A DNA stretch of 64,000 bases, from the NCBI GenBank assembly GCA_964016885.1, contig OZ024741.1, forward strand, positions 133,238,001 to 133,302,000. The letters run 5' to 3'. Below, one piece after another: positions 40,411 through 57,581 of this stretch. Origin of the DNA: Eledone cirrhosa (Eukaryota). The notes under the pieces are model-generated. The model had not been told where the DNA came from. It saw nothing but the letters and a program-made list of their open reading frames with translations, and ran no database searches. Both the position numbers and the translations under genes were made by a program. The first letter of the stretch is position 1. Each line of letters begins with the position of its first letter.

Positions 40411-42302
40411 TATGATTTGTACATTATTTGATGTACTATACATGCACCTTTGATGAGTTGTAGTGCACCTGAGCACTGTACACAATAATTTTCATTATTC
40501 TTTTTATTATTTCATATAATTTTGTCCATATGCCACTGCTATTAATGAAACTTAAGGGTCAGTCTGCCTCATGGTCCTGGCAGACAGGATGTTTCTCATT
40601 TGTTATCAATGAAATTTGTAACTGTTGATACACTGATAGTATATCACTGACAAACACAAATCACACCACCAACCAAACTATTTCATGATAAAAATCTTAT
40701 CAATTATCAGAAAATTTGAAGTCCAATAATAACAATGGAGAGTCAGATACAATAGTACTATCATTATCACCATCGTTTAACGTCTGTTTTCCCTGCTAGC
40801 AAGGGTTGAACAGGTCGTGACAGACAAAGTCAGTACTTGATTGAGTATTTCAGCTCATCCAAGGCTCCAAACAACACAATCACAATAGTGTTTAAATTCG
40901 TGCAAGTGAGTTATGACTTCTTTGTTAGTGACTTGTTCTTAACAATATGTAACTTCCAAATAACTTTTAGACTTTATCTAACATATAAGATGCAAAGTAG
41001 AGAGAAATTATCACAGAACCAGTCTTCACAATTGCAATAGTTTCAACCCAAGCAAATGAGTTATGTCCCTTGTGTTAGTGATTGGTTATGTATGTTAGAC
41101 AGGACATTCCTCTAAAATGATTATCGACAAACACCCTGTATACATAGCCGATCTCTGGGGCGTTTACGAAGCACAGCGGGGATAACGGGGATATAAAGAA
41201 TGGTGTGTTCATACTATAAAATAAGGCGAAGACCCTTAAAGACGGAAAAAGAAGTTCTCATCGGCCGAGGAATCGAATCTCGTATTTCCGTCTTTAAGGA
41301 TCTTCACCTTATTTTATTAGCTATTTAATAACATTTCTGTGCATGAGCACGTCATTCTTTATATTAAATCTAAAATAATTATTTTAATCTTCCCATTGCA
41401 CAAGACTAGTAAGTAGAGGGAAAATAACAGCCTATATTTGTTTCAATTAACCTTTTTTTTATACCAACCCGGCCAAAACTGGCTCTAGTTCTATAAAACA
41501 AAACTTCCCATTTTAAAGGGTTCCTCGTTAAATTAAAATCTTCCAACATAATTTTATATAATAACCATATGTTAAATTACTATCTTGGTAATGAAATAAT
41601 TTTAGTAAATCCTTCAAAATGTTTCTTTAATTGAAGTGGAGTACAGTCACCAAAGAGTTATGTGAACACTCATATAGTTATTTTTTTTTTTTTTTCTCCT
41701 TCACGGAGATAACATTTTTGAATTTTTGAATTTTGAGTTTTCTTACTCTAATAAATGTATAACTTAGTATATTTACTTTCTGATTCATTTATCGTTGTTT
41801 TGCATAAAGTCTGTGTTTTGTTGATGGGGACAGAATATAACCAAAACATGCCCAACAGTTGTTTTCTATGCTTGGCGGAAAAATGAAAAAAATATTAGTT
41901 ATTAACAAATACCATTTTTTCTTCCATTCATATTTATTTCTACTTAGCTTTTTGATAGTCTACGTATTACTTATTACTAATTTATTACATATACTAACAC
42001 ATCTTCTTTGCCTACTTATTTATAAGGTCAGAGTCCTCAAACATGCCTTTTAGAAGCAACCATCTCAAATTGATCTGGCTGGATCCCCAAGCGAGACCAG
42101 CCAAGCTCACGGATGTTATCCATCTTGCTCGGAGTCTACCCTTTTGTCTCCTACCAGTTGGTTTTGCCCGTAAAATCTGTCCAGTGATTCTTTCCTGAGA
42201 CATTCTAACCACATGTCCATAGTATCGGAGCTGTGATCTTTCAATTCAGAGAAGTGGTGGTTCTGCATGGAACAACTCTGTGATCTCCAAGCTATGCATT
42301 AT

Positions 42303-42541
42303 AACTATTACTAATGTATTACATATTCTAAAACGAACTATTACTAACATATTACATATACTAACACTAATTATTACTAACATATTACATATACTAACAT
42401 ACACTATTACTAACATATTACATATACTGACACTAAATTTTACTAACGTATTACATATATTAACACAAACTATTACTAACGTATTTCATATACTGACACT
42501 AATTATTACTAACATATTACATATACTAACACTTATTACTA
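42303..42541. repeat. 33-bp minisatellite, ~7 copies
   Basis: (ATTACTAACATATTACATATACTAACACTA..)n; explains ORF 42280..42573 (ITNILHILT repeats). Confidence 0.9.
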
Positions 42542-43459
42542 CTCTCTCTCTGTATCATGTATTAAGCATCTAAAGCTATGTGATTCTTTGCTGACAATAC
42601 TGAATAATTTTTCTTCTTCATCGCCCACTTATTCCTGTGAGGGTCATGGAGCAGAGTCCTCAAACACACCTCCCAGAGAGTCCTATCTCCAATTGATCCA
42701 GCTGGATCCCCCAGCAAGACCTACCGAGCTTGTGGATATTATCCAATCATCGTGCTTGTGGTTGGCTCTGCCCATTCCTATCCAAATAGTTAAGAGTTTT
42801 GTGTATGCAAACCTATGTGTAAGCATTTACTTACATTAGCCTCCAGCCATAGAAACCTAGCCAGAAACAGTTTTATATGAGCAAGACACGGTCACCTGAC
42901 TCGACTTACCTCTAATGGGACATGTCTAACCCATGATAGCATGGGAAATGGACGTTCAGTGTTCTGGCAGTATCAGTAGAGCGTCAGACACTATGCTTTG
43001 CAACATAGAGTTATGGCCCTTTATGTTCTGAGTTCAAATCCCACCGAGCTTAGCTTTGCCTTTCATCCTTATGGGGTCAATAAAATAAAGCACTAGTAAT
43101 GCACTGGGGTAACTGCTGGCCTTGTGGTAAAAGTAGAAACATTATTATTATTATGATTGATATTATTAGCAGTATTAGTATTAAATTTATTAACTCGATT
43201 AACATAATTTTCCATACATGGTAGTAAGAAACATTATTTTCAAGTATTCTGTTTATTTATAAAGCAAAATACATCTCTAGATCTTTACTTTGCATGCATT
43301 AGATCATCCCACTTTGCTAAATGGTGTAATTATATATCTTCTATTTTATCTGCAAACATACTACTACATTGAAAATTTTCACGTGATACCATTGTCTTTT
43401 TATATCTAAATGTGATAGTTGCTTTAAATTTTTTTTGAAATATTAATATCTACAGCCAC

Positions 43460-44690
43460 AATACTGCAGGCGAAAGAGACTAGGCGTGGCACCAGATGGC
43501 AGGAGGACCCCTTGGTTCAATCAAAGGGTCAAAGATGCCATCCGAGCAAAGAAGGAGGCTTACAAAGCTTGGCTTGGAAATAAGTCCTCATTTTTGCACT
43601 TGCAGTACAAGGGGGCACAAAGAATTTCAGTAGTAAAGGCATCCAAAGTTAAGATATGGGAGTCCTTTGGGGTTAAACTGGAATCTGACTTCAGATCAGC
43701 AAATAAAGTATTCTGGCAGACTATCCACCGACTTTGTAATAAGAAGCCCTCCTCCACACCTGCTATCAAGAACGCGTCTGGAGTTCTCCTCTTTTCAGAG
43801 AGGTGCATCCTTGCGAGGTGGAGAGAATACTTTGCTTATCTCCTAAACCTGATCACAACAGCATCTTCTGAAGTACACAAGGTGCATATGGGAGCAGTGA
43901 CTAATGTCTCAGAGGCTGAGGTCACAAGAGCAGTTAAAGAGTTCAAATGTGGCAAGGTTGCTGGGGAAGATGAAATCTGGCCTGAAATGGTAAAAGCCTT
44001 AAATAAAGAAGGTATTCTCTGGCTGACTCATGTGTGTCAGATAGCTTGGATCTCTGGAAATGCACCTAAGCAATGGCAATCGAGAGTGATAATCGCAATT
44101 TTCAAAAAAGGAGACAAGAGAGATTGTTCCAATTACAGAGGGATCTCATGTTAAGCCTCCCTCGGTAAGGTCTATGCTAAATGCCTGGTAAAGAGATGCA
44201 GGGAGACTGTTGAGTTCAAGCTAACTGATGAACAGTGTGGTTTACGCTCTGGATGCAAATATTCACACTGCAGCAGGTCTTCAAGAAATTATGGGAGTAT
44301 TGCCAAGAAGTATATTCTTGTTTTGTTGATCTTGAAAAGGTATATAACCGCATTCCTCAGGACCTGCTGTGGAAGGTTGTGCAGGAGTATGGGATCGATG
44401 ATCAGTTTCTTGTTGCCCTGATATTGCTATATGAATACCCAAGTATTTGTATTCAGATAAATGGTGCTATATCGAAACCATCCAATGTGGGAGTTGGACT
44501 CTGCCAAGGGTGCATACTGTAACCTCTCCTGTTCATTATTTACATGAACAGCCAGGTTGAAAGTGGTGTCATGAATAGCAGGTGCAAAATCAGTCCATGA
44601 GCTTGGCTGGTCTCACTTGGGAATCCAGCCGGAGTTGGAGACGGTTGTTTCTGACAGGACCCACTGGAATAAGTGGGAGAAGATCCCATA
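43460..44690 (+). mobile_element. RTE-clade LINE (family 2, Expander/Rex3-like), degenerate RT fragment
   Basis: RTPWFNQRVKDAIRAKKEAYKAWL...IFKKGDKRDCSNYRGIS / CFVDLEKVYNRIP...GVGLCQGCIL with frameshifts; internal deletion then 3' end GAATAAGTGGGAGAAGA. Confidence 0.88.
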
Positions 44691-45214
44691 AAAGGGTGAA
44701 AGCAGAAATTATTTGCTTAAACTTTTTATGTGCTAATTATAAATATTTACTGTTATTTTAGATATGTATATATTGCTTAAAAAAAAATATATATATATAT
44801 ATATAAAAGAGTGAAGAGTTAAATCCCTCTTTGGTCAAAAATGACCATGGAATTTTCACCTAGAAAGTTCCCCTCCGAGGTACAATTTTAGGCAAGGCAT
44901 TTTTGTGTAAGACCAGCAGTTGCCCATGCATACCAGTCTCCCCCTCTCAACACCACTGATATAGTCCAAGGGAAAGACAAAGGTTAATACAACTTGGCAC
45001 CAGTGATGTTACAACTCATTTCTACAGCTGAATAAACTGGAGCAAGATGAAAATAAAGTGTCTTGCTCAAGGACACAATGCACCACCCAGTCAGGAAATC
45101 GAACTCCCAATCTCACAATTGTATATCCAACTCTCAACCCACTCAGCCACACACATCATCATCGTTTAACGTCCATTTTCCATGCTATTAACACATATAC
45201 ATATATATATATAT

Positions 45215-45562
45215 ATAAAGAATGATTAATAAAACAGGTAGACATCATAAAAAGGTAATTTATTCCGAGTGCTTACAAATGTTTCTTTAGTAGTTACACA
45301 GTCTAGTCATGCTATGTGCAAATTGGTAGTTATTTATTTGCAGATACTCAATTTCAAATGCTGGTTCATCCTACCAAGTCTTCTTTTTTTTTTTTTTGCT
45401 TTGAAGACTTGGTAGCATTTGAAAATTGAGTATCTGCAAATAAATAACTACCAATTTGCACATAGCATGACTAGGCTGTGTAACTACTAAAGAAACATTT
45501 GTAAGCACTCGAAATAAATTACCTTTTTATGATGTCTACCTGTTTTATTAATCATTCTTTAT
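45215..45562. repeat. Near-perfect inverted repeat, ~165-bp arms (45215-45383 / 45403-45562) with poly-T spacer
   Basis: Arms are reverse complements apart from a few substitutions and a ~10-nt indel. Confidence 0.92.
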
Positions 45563-45969
45563 CTACACTCCAGAATACAGAAGAATTGGAAACCGAGTTT
45601 CTTTAACTGTTCTTTCATAACCCCTCACCGTACATCGACTCTATCTAGTGTAGTAATTAATCATTACTGCATTCAGGATAATCCTAAGCATTTCTTGCAT
45701 AACCTAATATATATATATATATATGTCTAACTTAATAGCATCACTAGGATGTGCGTGTGTGTGTGTGCATGTGTGGTAGTGCTGGTGCGCCAATGGAAAG
45801 CACCTAGTCCACCTGATTTCTGATTTTATTGTTCAAACACACACATATATATCTAAAAATATATATATGTATACAGGGTAGAGGTACCAGTATATATAGA
45901 GTGGGGGGTAGAAAAAATAGTACCTGAGAGAGATACTGAAAGTATAAAGAAAATAAGATGGGGGGGGGG

Positions 45970-46510
45970 GGTAATATGAGAGAGAGAAAGAGATAACAAG
46001 ACAAAAAGAAAAGATGCTATGAAAATAAGCGGAGAAAGTGAAGACAGACTGGGTAGAGATGATAAAAATGAAGTCAGACAAAATGAGAGATAGTGATGTA
46101 GTTAGTGAAAAAAAAAAGAGAAATAGTAGGACAATGCAAACACCAGACAAAAAAAGTGAGAGAGGAGAGAGATGAGGGGAGCTAAAGAGAAAGAGTGGGT
46201 AAGAAAAGAGGAGAGAAGAAATAGAGAGGGGCAGAAAGAGAAAGAGGCAAAGAAAGGAAAGGAGAAAGAGAGATATAGTGGGAAAGAAAAGAGGAAAGAA
46301 TGGAGAGGAGAAATAGAGGGTAAAGTCAAAGATGAAAAGAGAGATAGAGTGGAAAAGAAAAGGGGAAAGAAGGGAGAGGAGATAGAGTGTAATGAGAAAG
46401 AGAAAAGAAGGGAGAGGAGAAAAAGAGAGGGAGTAAAGAGAAAAGGAAACGAGAGAGATGGGGAAAGAAAATAGGAAGGAAGATCAAGAGGAAGAAAGAA
46501 AATACTGGAA
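45970..46510. repeat. GA-rich polypurine low-complexity tract
   Basis: Purine-dominated + strand; source of the spurious K/E/R-rich ORF 46172..46474. Confidence 0.9.
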
Positions 46511-46867
46511 AAACAATGAAATGTAGCTTTTCAACTGATGTCGCTAAAGTAACTCCATTGTATTTTGATCTCTCCCTCTCTGTCCATTGTGTTGTTTCTT
46601 CTATTGTATTAATGATAATATCATGCATAGCCAAATGGTTAACAAGTTCAATTCACCGTAATGAAATGAAAGGTTTGATGATTTTTTCAGCATGGCATCC
46701 TTGTTGGTGAAATTGGGTATATGGTTAATTATGAGGAAGCCAGTTGAATGAACTGAGCTGTTTGTACTCATAAATCAAGGATCCAGCTTTGTTTACCATT
46801 TTATCATACCGTTTCTGTATTTATTAACCCTAACTGCTGATGTAGTTGTGAGGGTGCTCCCACTATA

Positions 46868-47340
46868 TAAAATAATAATGAAATTATTGTGTAGTGCTCA
46901 GGTGCATAGAATAATATACAAAGGCAGGAAAGTGAACAGTGTATGAGTCATGATATACATATGTGCGTGTGTATAGAGTGGGGATATCAATTGTAGTGTT
47001 GGCAAATTTCAGGAAGCATGGAGGTTTTAAAGGATGCAGTGTCCCACCAGCTAACAACTGATGCAGGTAGTTTGTTCCATGCTTCAGCAACACGGCGTGA
47101 AAAAATGTTTCCGAAAGTCATGGGAGCTGTAGTGTTGCATGCCCACCTATGTTAGGCACATGGAAATCAAAAAGGTGCTCAGGGTTGTTGCTGGCAAGAT
47201 GGTTAATAATTTTTGTTTCCCAAGTCAGAGCTTCAATGTATCCATGCTCAGGGAAGCAAGGCGTTCCAGAGTGTGGTAGATGCCTGATGGAGGGTATTTG
47301 TTTATCATACCGATTCTGTATTTACTAACCCATAACTCCT
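46868..47340 (-). mobile_element. CR1-clade LINE 3' fragment (short tails also at ~33860-33965 - and ~40420-40500 +)
   Basis: Minus strand RKHFFSRRVAEAWNKLPASVVS, a typical CR1 C-terminus; shared 3' end GCACCTGAGCACT..ACAATAATTTCATTATT. Confidence 0.75.
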
Positions 47341-49692
47341 GTAGTTGTGAGGGTGCTCTCACTTTATCATGCTGATTCCGTATGTACAGACCCATAACTC
47401 CTGATGTAGTCATAGGGGGTCTTGGGCATTTAAAAACATGGCAGAACACTTCCCCAAGTTGGAATAGAACCCATTTATTCCAGAGAGGCAGTTTTAGAGA
47501 TGTTTTTTATCAACCTTGAATGGGTGTGGCAAAGCTGACCTTGGTGGGATTTGAACTCAGTATGTAGAGAGCCAACATATACTGCAATGAATTCTCTGAA
47601 AAGATATGGTGTACCTATTCTAATCTGGACACATAATCAGAAACACATTTGGCATTCTCATATAATTCTGACATGTCATAGTGAGACGTTTGTATATTTA
47701 TTATAAACATTGTATATTCTTTCATATAAACCTCTATTATATAACAGCTTTCTTCCATAGATATAGAGGAATTGACCCCCAGCACTGAAGTGTTTTTTAT
47801 CAACATTGAATGGATGAAAGGCAAAGTGACCATGACGCAATTTGAACTCAGAATGTGCAGAGCTGAAACGAATACCACTGTAAATGAGGTTGACGTTAGG
47901 AAGAGCATACAGCTGTAGAAACCAAGCCAAAATCAGTTCTGTAGGGGCAAGACAGTAATCTAACCCATGCCAATGTGGAAAATGGATGTAAAACGGTGAC
48001 GCTGATGATTCTAACAACTTTGCTGTATCATGCTGATTCTACTTCCATGTCTGTGGAATCAGCCACATCATATATGAACTAGAATTTAAGAAGGTAGTTC
48101 TGTTGATTGAACAATGGATGATCTATTAACTTGTTATATCAGACTCAGACAATGAACATACTGGCAGGGATTTTATATATTTATTTGGATTTAAGGAGGG
48201 AAGTAGTTAGCACCTTTATTCCACCTGTGGGAAAGCAAGTTCCTAGTAATTCAGAATAGCATCAATTTTCTTAGTCATCTCCTGTGAGGTTTAGCTGCAT
48301 GAAGTCAGCCCTCACATCATACCAGGTTTATGTAGGTCTTCCCCTCCTGCTCAGCAATACTTTGTTTATGTATACTATTACACATCAGAGCATGCTTGCT
48401 GTTTTTTTTTTTTCCAGTTTTCATAAGTTCTATGTAGCATTGTTGTTTGAATGCAAGCATCATACTACTGTACTTACAATACACCCATCTCTACTACTAA
48501 TTTGGTCATCCGGAAACAGCAGTAAAGAGTCAGCTTCTGTGCATCGGCCACATATGAAGCCCACAATCCCATCTTTTTTGAGTACCCATAGATTACATTT
48601 CGATGCACTTACTATTTGTTTCCTTGCATACTGAGCAAGGTCATTTTCTTTTTACATTAGGGCCTTTGGTTATCTCCAAGTTTGGAATTTCAAGTCACCG
48701 ATCTCTAGGATCAGGAGAAAGATCCTTTGCATATAAAAACATTTTTAAAAAAAAGATCAACTGATCACATTTCATTCTTTTGGGGGGGGGGGGGGGGGGG
48801 GTTCCGATACAATCAAATTTCCTTTCCACCCAAATTGGCCTTCTGCTAAAAGTAGGATTTAGTTGAAATTTCGAAGTTGTCTCCCTTGCATTATTCATCA
48901 CGTGAAATATGTGGCTTTTGCTGCAACCAATTTAGTATTAGTTATCTACATTGAAACCAATATATTTTCAAAGACTCATCTTTAATTTAACTGACATTAA
49001 AGTTGCCACTATGTTCAAAACTAACAATTTCTCCATATTATTTACTATCATTATTAGCTGACCAGTCAAGCACGTTCTCACTATCTATCAGAATATTGAA
49101 AGTGCTAAAACTTTTTTTTTTTTTTTAAATGTGTAATATGGTTGGCATTAAACAGAGTTAAAATTAGATTGCATGAGCAAGATATAGACACCTGATCTCA
49201 TGCGAAAACCAATCTAACCCATGGAAAATAGATGAGCTGATATTCTTTTATTCAATGGAGCACTGGCATGGTGAGGCACTCTTCAAAAGTACATATCTTT
49301 TCTAACTATAGAATAGTTTTTAAAGAATTATTCGAGCATCTTTAACTCTTTAAACAAGATTGCTCAGAGCCACCTCAAATAACTAGCTAAATATTAATCC
49401 GTTATCAAGTTCAAAATTGTTTTGCTTAAATCTATTATAAATTTTTATTTAAACTAAAACACACAAGCTGTATTGTAAGATATATGGTTACAGAAGAAAT
49501 AATACAAAGTATTTATTTACACTGGCTGAAATAAATTTACACAAACAGTATCCACACAAATATATACAAACTCTCGTCCCTCCAGTAACCAAATTTCACT
49601 TCGAAAAGAATAAACCATAAAACATTTGTTTATTGAAACATGAAGGCTTATATAAGGATTGCAGACATTACAGATTTTAGTAATGGTCAGAA

Positions 49693-53385
<3,693 letters not shown>

Positions 53386-53388
<3 letters not shown>

Positions 53389-53505
53389 GTTGATATTTTC
53401 TTTTAAGAGTTCGAAAAAAGAGTTTTGGTGTTTTTGATAATGTTTATTTCAGTACAGTGGGCGCTCACACGGATTTGATGTACCCTACGTGAGGTCAAAG
53501 ACTGA
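53386..53505 (-). other. TUBA: Alpha-tubulin exon 1 (5' UTR plus initiator ATG at 53388-53386)
   Basis: caacATG|gtaagt on the minus strand; an intron directly after the ATG is the conserved metazoan alpha-tubulin arrangement. Confidence 0.85.
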
Positions 53506-53542
53506 TATGAAGCTGAGCTATTCGCGCACAGATATATATATA
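53500..53542 (-). promoter_or_regulatory. Alpha-tubulin core promoter (TATA box + TCAGT initiator)
   Basis: TATATATATA at 53542-53533, ~30 nt upstream of TCAGTC (53505-53500) on the minus strand. Confidence 0.7.
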
Positions 53543-54117
53543 GAGAGAGAGAGGGGGAGAGAAAGACAGACACATAGAGAGAAAAGCAAAGAGAGAGAGA
53601 CTAATGTGTGTATGTACACGACCACTCCTCAACCTCGCTTGTTATTCAACCACTACTATAACCGCCACTCTTTTAAAAACCACTGCTCATCACAATAAAC
53701 TATGTAGGCTTATCGCCAACTTTCTTTTACTACTCTTTCTCTCACTACTCTCAATCTCCCTTCTCGTCTCTTCCTCCCCTCTTTCCTCTTTATATCTCCT
53801 ACTTACACACCGACATACGTACATACATATATATACAAACATCTATATACACGGATACATACACACACAGACAAAGTTATATCTGTAATGTACAGAATTA
53901 GAACTGGGAATGCGTAATTGTGTATATAAATTTACCCAGTTTTAGTATATAGACATATAAACATGTCAAATATACGTATTTCTTTGTAAATTGAAAAATT
54001 ATAAACACCCCAAGGCAAGTATATCATCTAAACAACCACAAGAAAATACGTAATCGAAGGGCTTATATATCCTATAACAAGGACCCTATCTGAATTCGAA
54101 CCTGACGCCATTATTTT

Positions 54118-54300
54118 GTTGGTGGATTGGCAGTATCAGTGGAGGGTCGGACGCCATGCTTTCCAGCATAGTTACATCCCTTTACGATCTGAGTTCAAAT
54201 CCCGCCGAGGTTGACTTTGCCTTTCATCCTTACGGGGTCGATAAAATAAAGTACCAGTAATACATGGAATAATTGCTGGCCTTGTGCCAAAATTAGAAAC
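54118..54300 (+). mobile_element. SINE family B, young copy
   Basis: Intact CpGs and A/B boxes; imperfect TSD ATT(T)ATTTTGTT. Confidence 0.85.
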
Positions 54301-54689
54301 ATTTATTTTGTTCTCACGGAGAAACCAATAAAAAATAATAATACTTCATTTACATCGTAAACATTTATCATTTTTGGGGGAGATGGTTTTTCAATACCCA
54401 CTTTAACATTCTTCACCCTTCGCTTTCTCTCTATATTTTGGTGATGAGTTATGCTTGACTGGTCACTCCTTAGCCAAAACAGCTGCTGCTATTTACTTCT
54501 GACAGAACCTGTTGTTTCATCGTAGTTCAGTAAATGCCCCGTCGGAATAACTTTCCCATTCGAGAGAGGGAAATCCTTATTTAGGATATAACGTGTTAGA
54601 CCCATTCTCTGCTTCCAACCTTGTCACTTCGGTCGTAAACCCGGGCACCACCGTTTGCAACGCAGAGGGGAGGAAGATAAAGAAATAAC

Positions 54690-54871
54690 TGTTTCTACTT
54701 TAGGCACAAGGCCAGCAATTACCCAGTGCATTACTGGTACTTTATTTTATCGACCCCGTAAGGATGAAAGGCAAAGTCAACCTCGGCGGGATTTGAACTC
54801 AGATCGTAAAGGGACGTAACTATGCTGGAAAGCATGGCGTCCGACCCTCTACCGATACTGCCAATCCACCA
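54690..54871 (-). mobile_element. SINE family B, young copy with 17-bp TSD
   Basis: GAAGATAAAGAAATAAC at 54673-54689 and 54872-54888. Confidence 0.9.
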
Positions 54872-54972
54872 GAAGATAAAGAAATAACGAGACTGAACTG
54901 ACCGCTTCCTTTTCGACCCGGTCGCCGTCGAGATGTCGCTGACTATACTCCATGGCACTTTATCTGGCTGGG

Positions 54973-56560
54973 TGTAGAGCTCCTTGCTCGCCCCTCCACC
55001 GTCCTTTCTTTCATTGTTTAATTTTTTTTTACTACTTGGTATTTTGTATTGCAGTAAATTCTATATTGACAATCGGAAAAACAAAATGTCAGGGGTTGAC
55101 GTCATATGCTTTTGTCTTCTGTTTTTTGGTGCGGCGTGAGAACAAAATAATTGTTTCTACTTTTGGCACAAGGCCAGCAATGGATCAGTACATTACTGGT
55201 AATTTATTTTATCGACCCCATAAGGATGAAAGGCAAAGTTGACCTCGACGGGATTTGAACTCAGAATGGAAAGGGCCGTAACTCTATGCGTCAAAGCATG
55301 ACGTCCGCCCCTCTACCGATTGTTATTTTTTATTGGTTTCTCTCCTTGTTTCAATGCCTTATACTTTTCATACCAACACATGTACACGTCTAATCTCGCT
55401 TCAATTGGTGACCCCGAACGCGTGAAATCACCCTCAACAACGAAATAGTTTGACACAACTGATTTTATTTTCATCGGCATGGACGACATGGCACTCTCGG
55501 CAGCTTCATCATCAACAGCAGCACAAACAGTGCTATCCTTTAGAATCCCAACATTCTAGACCCTCAATCCAGCTATGTGTTTCCTTTATTGTGAAGCCCA
55601 TTTTGATACGCATCATATTTTGGTCGAAAAGACAAAAATTTCCCCACGTGATATGGGGACCCCAACTCGAGATTCTGCAGAAGATACAGGATTTGCTGTC
55701 TGATCCGCCAGGCTCAATCTTATAAAATTAGTGTAGACGGAACTTATCAAACGGGCGTCGGTCTTCCAACAACAGCAGCAGTACCAGCTGCTCAATACTG
55801 AGGAGTTTGGCGACCATTTTTGAGGCGTTTGAAACAACTGTTGGGAGACAATACCATGGTCCTGGAAATCCTGAATCGGCTATTTCTTCAAAGATTACCG
55901 CCGGACACACATAGCATTTTTTACCAAAGCGTCAACTTCTATCGAGTTCACAGATTCAGCGGACAGGATCATGTAACTAGCAGCATTACTGTCATCAGTG
56001 GTACACGTGTGACACACCAAACCTCCAGTGAGCCCCTTTTCTCTCTCTGTTTCTCGTTCTTCTTCACTTTCTGTTTCGGGGATAGCAGCCCTTTGAGCTC
56101 AACTCGAGGAGTCAGACACATAGTTAAACGTCCTCATGGCATAAATGCGGCTACAGCCACGCCACAGCACTAGCCCATCTTGGCATTCTGTTCTTCAGCA
56201 ACTCTGACATCCCAATGGTGCTTGGACGACCGGTCCACTGTACTGATACACCATACGTTCGGCAGAGATGCCCGTAGATGCTCGTCACCCTGTTCGATTT
56301 GAAGATGGTTATGTTCCCTTCCGGGAAACAACGTAGCCAGACATTAACAGCGGCTATCACCCTTGGTTCCACTAAACTTAGTTACTTCTCCCATATCAGA
56401 TACACGTTCTCTTGTGGACACTGGGACAGAGGTTTGTATTTCACCACCTGCCCTGGTGTCAAACAACAAGAAACCCACGACAATTCTTCTTCAGGCTGTT
56501 GACAACTCCCCTATTGCTACATTCGAGAATTCAAGCATCGTTAATTTTTTTAAAACTATA
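54973..56560 (+). mobile_element. Degenerate Ty3/Gypsy LTR retrotransposon (5' LTR, PBS, gag, protease)
   Basis: LTR end ..TTCA (55403), PBS TGGTGACCCCGA (55406-55417) complementary to the tRNA-Trp 3' end, gag-like LRRLKQLLGD...LFLQRLPP, protease SLVDTGTEVCISP...LQAVDNSPIATF. LTR start uncertain; a SINE B copy is inserted at 55150-55320. Confidence 0.78.
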
Positions 56561-57095
56561 AACCTCGTCATTTTTGATGGGCACTATGCTTGTGTATATA
56601 CATCAATGCATTGATCTATTAATCAGTTGATGAGTAATCGGACAAACAAGGTTTGCTGCATTAAAGCTTTCACATGTGATTTTGACCCTGATTACATACA
56701 TACCAATACACCCGTAGATACATATGTATATATTCTTTTGACCGAACACAATATGGATATTGTGTAACGTTGTCAATGACTGTGTGGGTGTCGACATGGG
56801 TATAAAAGGTTTGTCGTTCTGTTGTTTTTTTTTACTTCTGGGTCAGTCCTGATTAACCAGACGCGTGATAAAAGATGTTTCATCTATGTCCATCCCACCA
56901 TTTTTATCAGACATTCTGTGTACCTATGAATATATTATCTAATGGCTTTCCTTTTATACGACGATAGAGTACAATTTAAAAGAAATTTGTCCAGTGTCTA
57001 TCTAACTTGATTCAAATTTCAGTGGTGACGACTTGTGCATTTTCTCATTGATGACCCTCATGAAGTGGAATATTATTTATATTACCAGTATTTTT

Positions 57096-57581
57096 TGTCG
57101 GAGATGTGATTTCTCAATTCTGAGAAGTAGGGGGGGGGGGTCTACCTGAAGCGACGCTCTAATCCCCGAGCTACGCACTCTATCAAGTAACGTTATTCCA
57201 AGGACTATTAGAAGAAACCCCCATTTCGGCCGTTTATATTCGCGATCTTTCTGTCATTACCCAAGATTCATGACCATGGGTAAGGGTTGGCACGAATACC
57301 GAACTGGAGATAGCAGCATATTCGGCTTTTGTAGCTATTTCCCTTCTGATTACCGAATATTGAAACTGGCACATTACTAGCATGTGGTTTGAATGCCCCA
57401 GGAAAGAATCGGTGGATAGATTTTCCAACTGCCAGGAGTTTCAGGAGTAGACCCTGAGCAAGCTGGTTGGATAACATCCATGGGCTCGGCTGGTCTCGCT
57501 TGGAGAACACGCTGGAAGGAGTTTTGAGGATTCTCCCCCCCCCCCCCCCCCAAACCCGCTCAGGAATAAGTGGGAGAAGAA
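57096..57581. mobile_element. RTE family 2 insertion with 5' inversion (57096-57372 minus, 57375-57581 plus)
   Basis: The two segments are contiguous in the 20745-21345 copy but lie in opposite orientation here. Confidence 0.7.

Noticed and set aside
42280-42573. ORF with 11-aa ITNILHILT repeats
   Set aside because: Translation of the 33-bp minisatellite; no splice or homology support.
46172-46474. Lys/Glu/Arg-rich 100-aa ORF
   Set aside because: Product of a GA-rich low-complexity tract.
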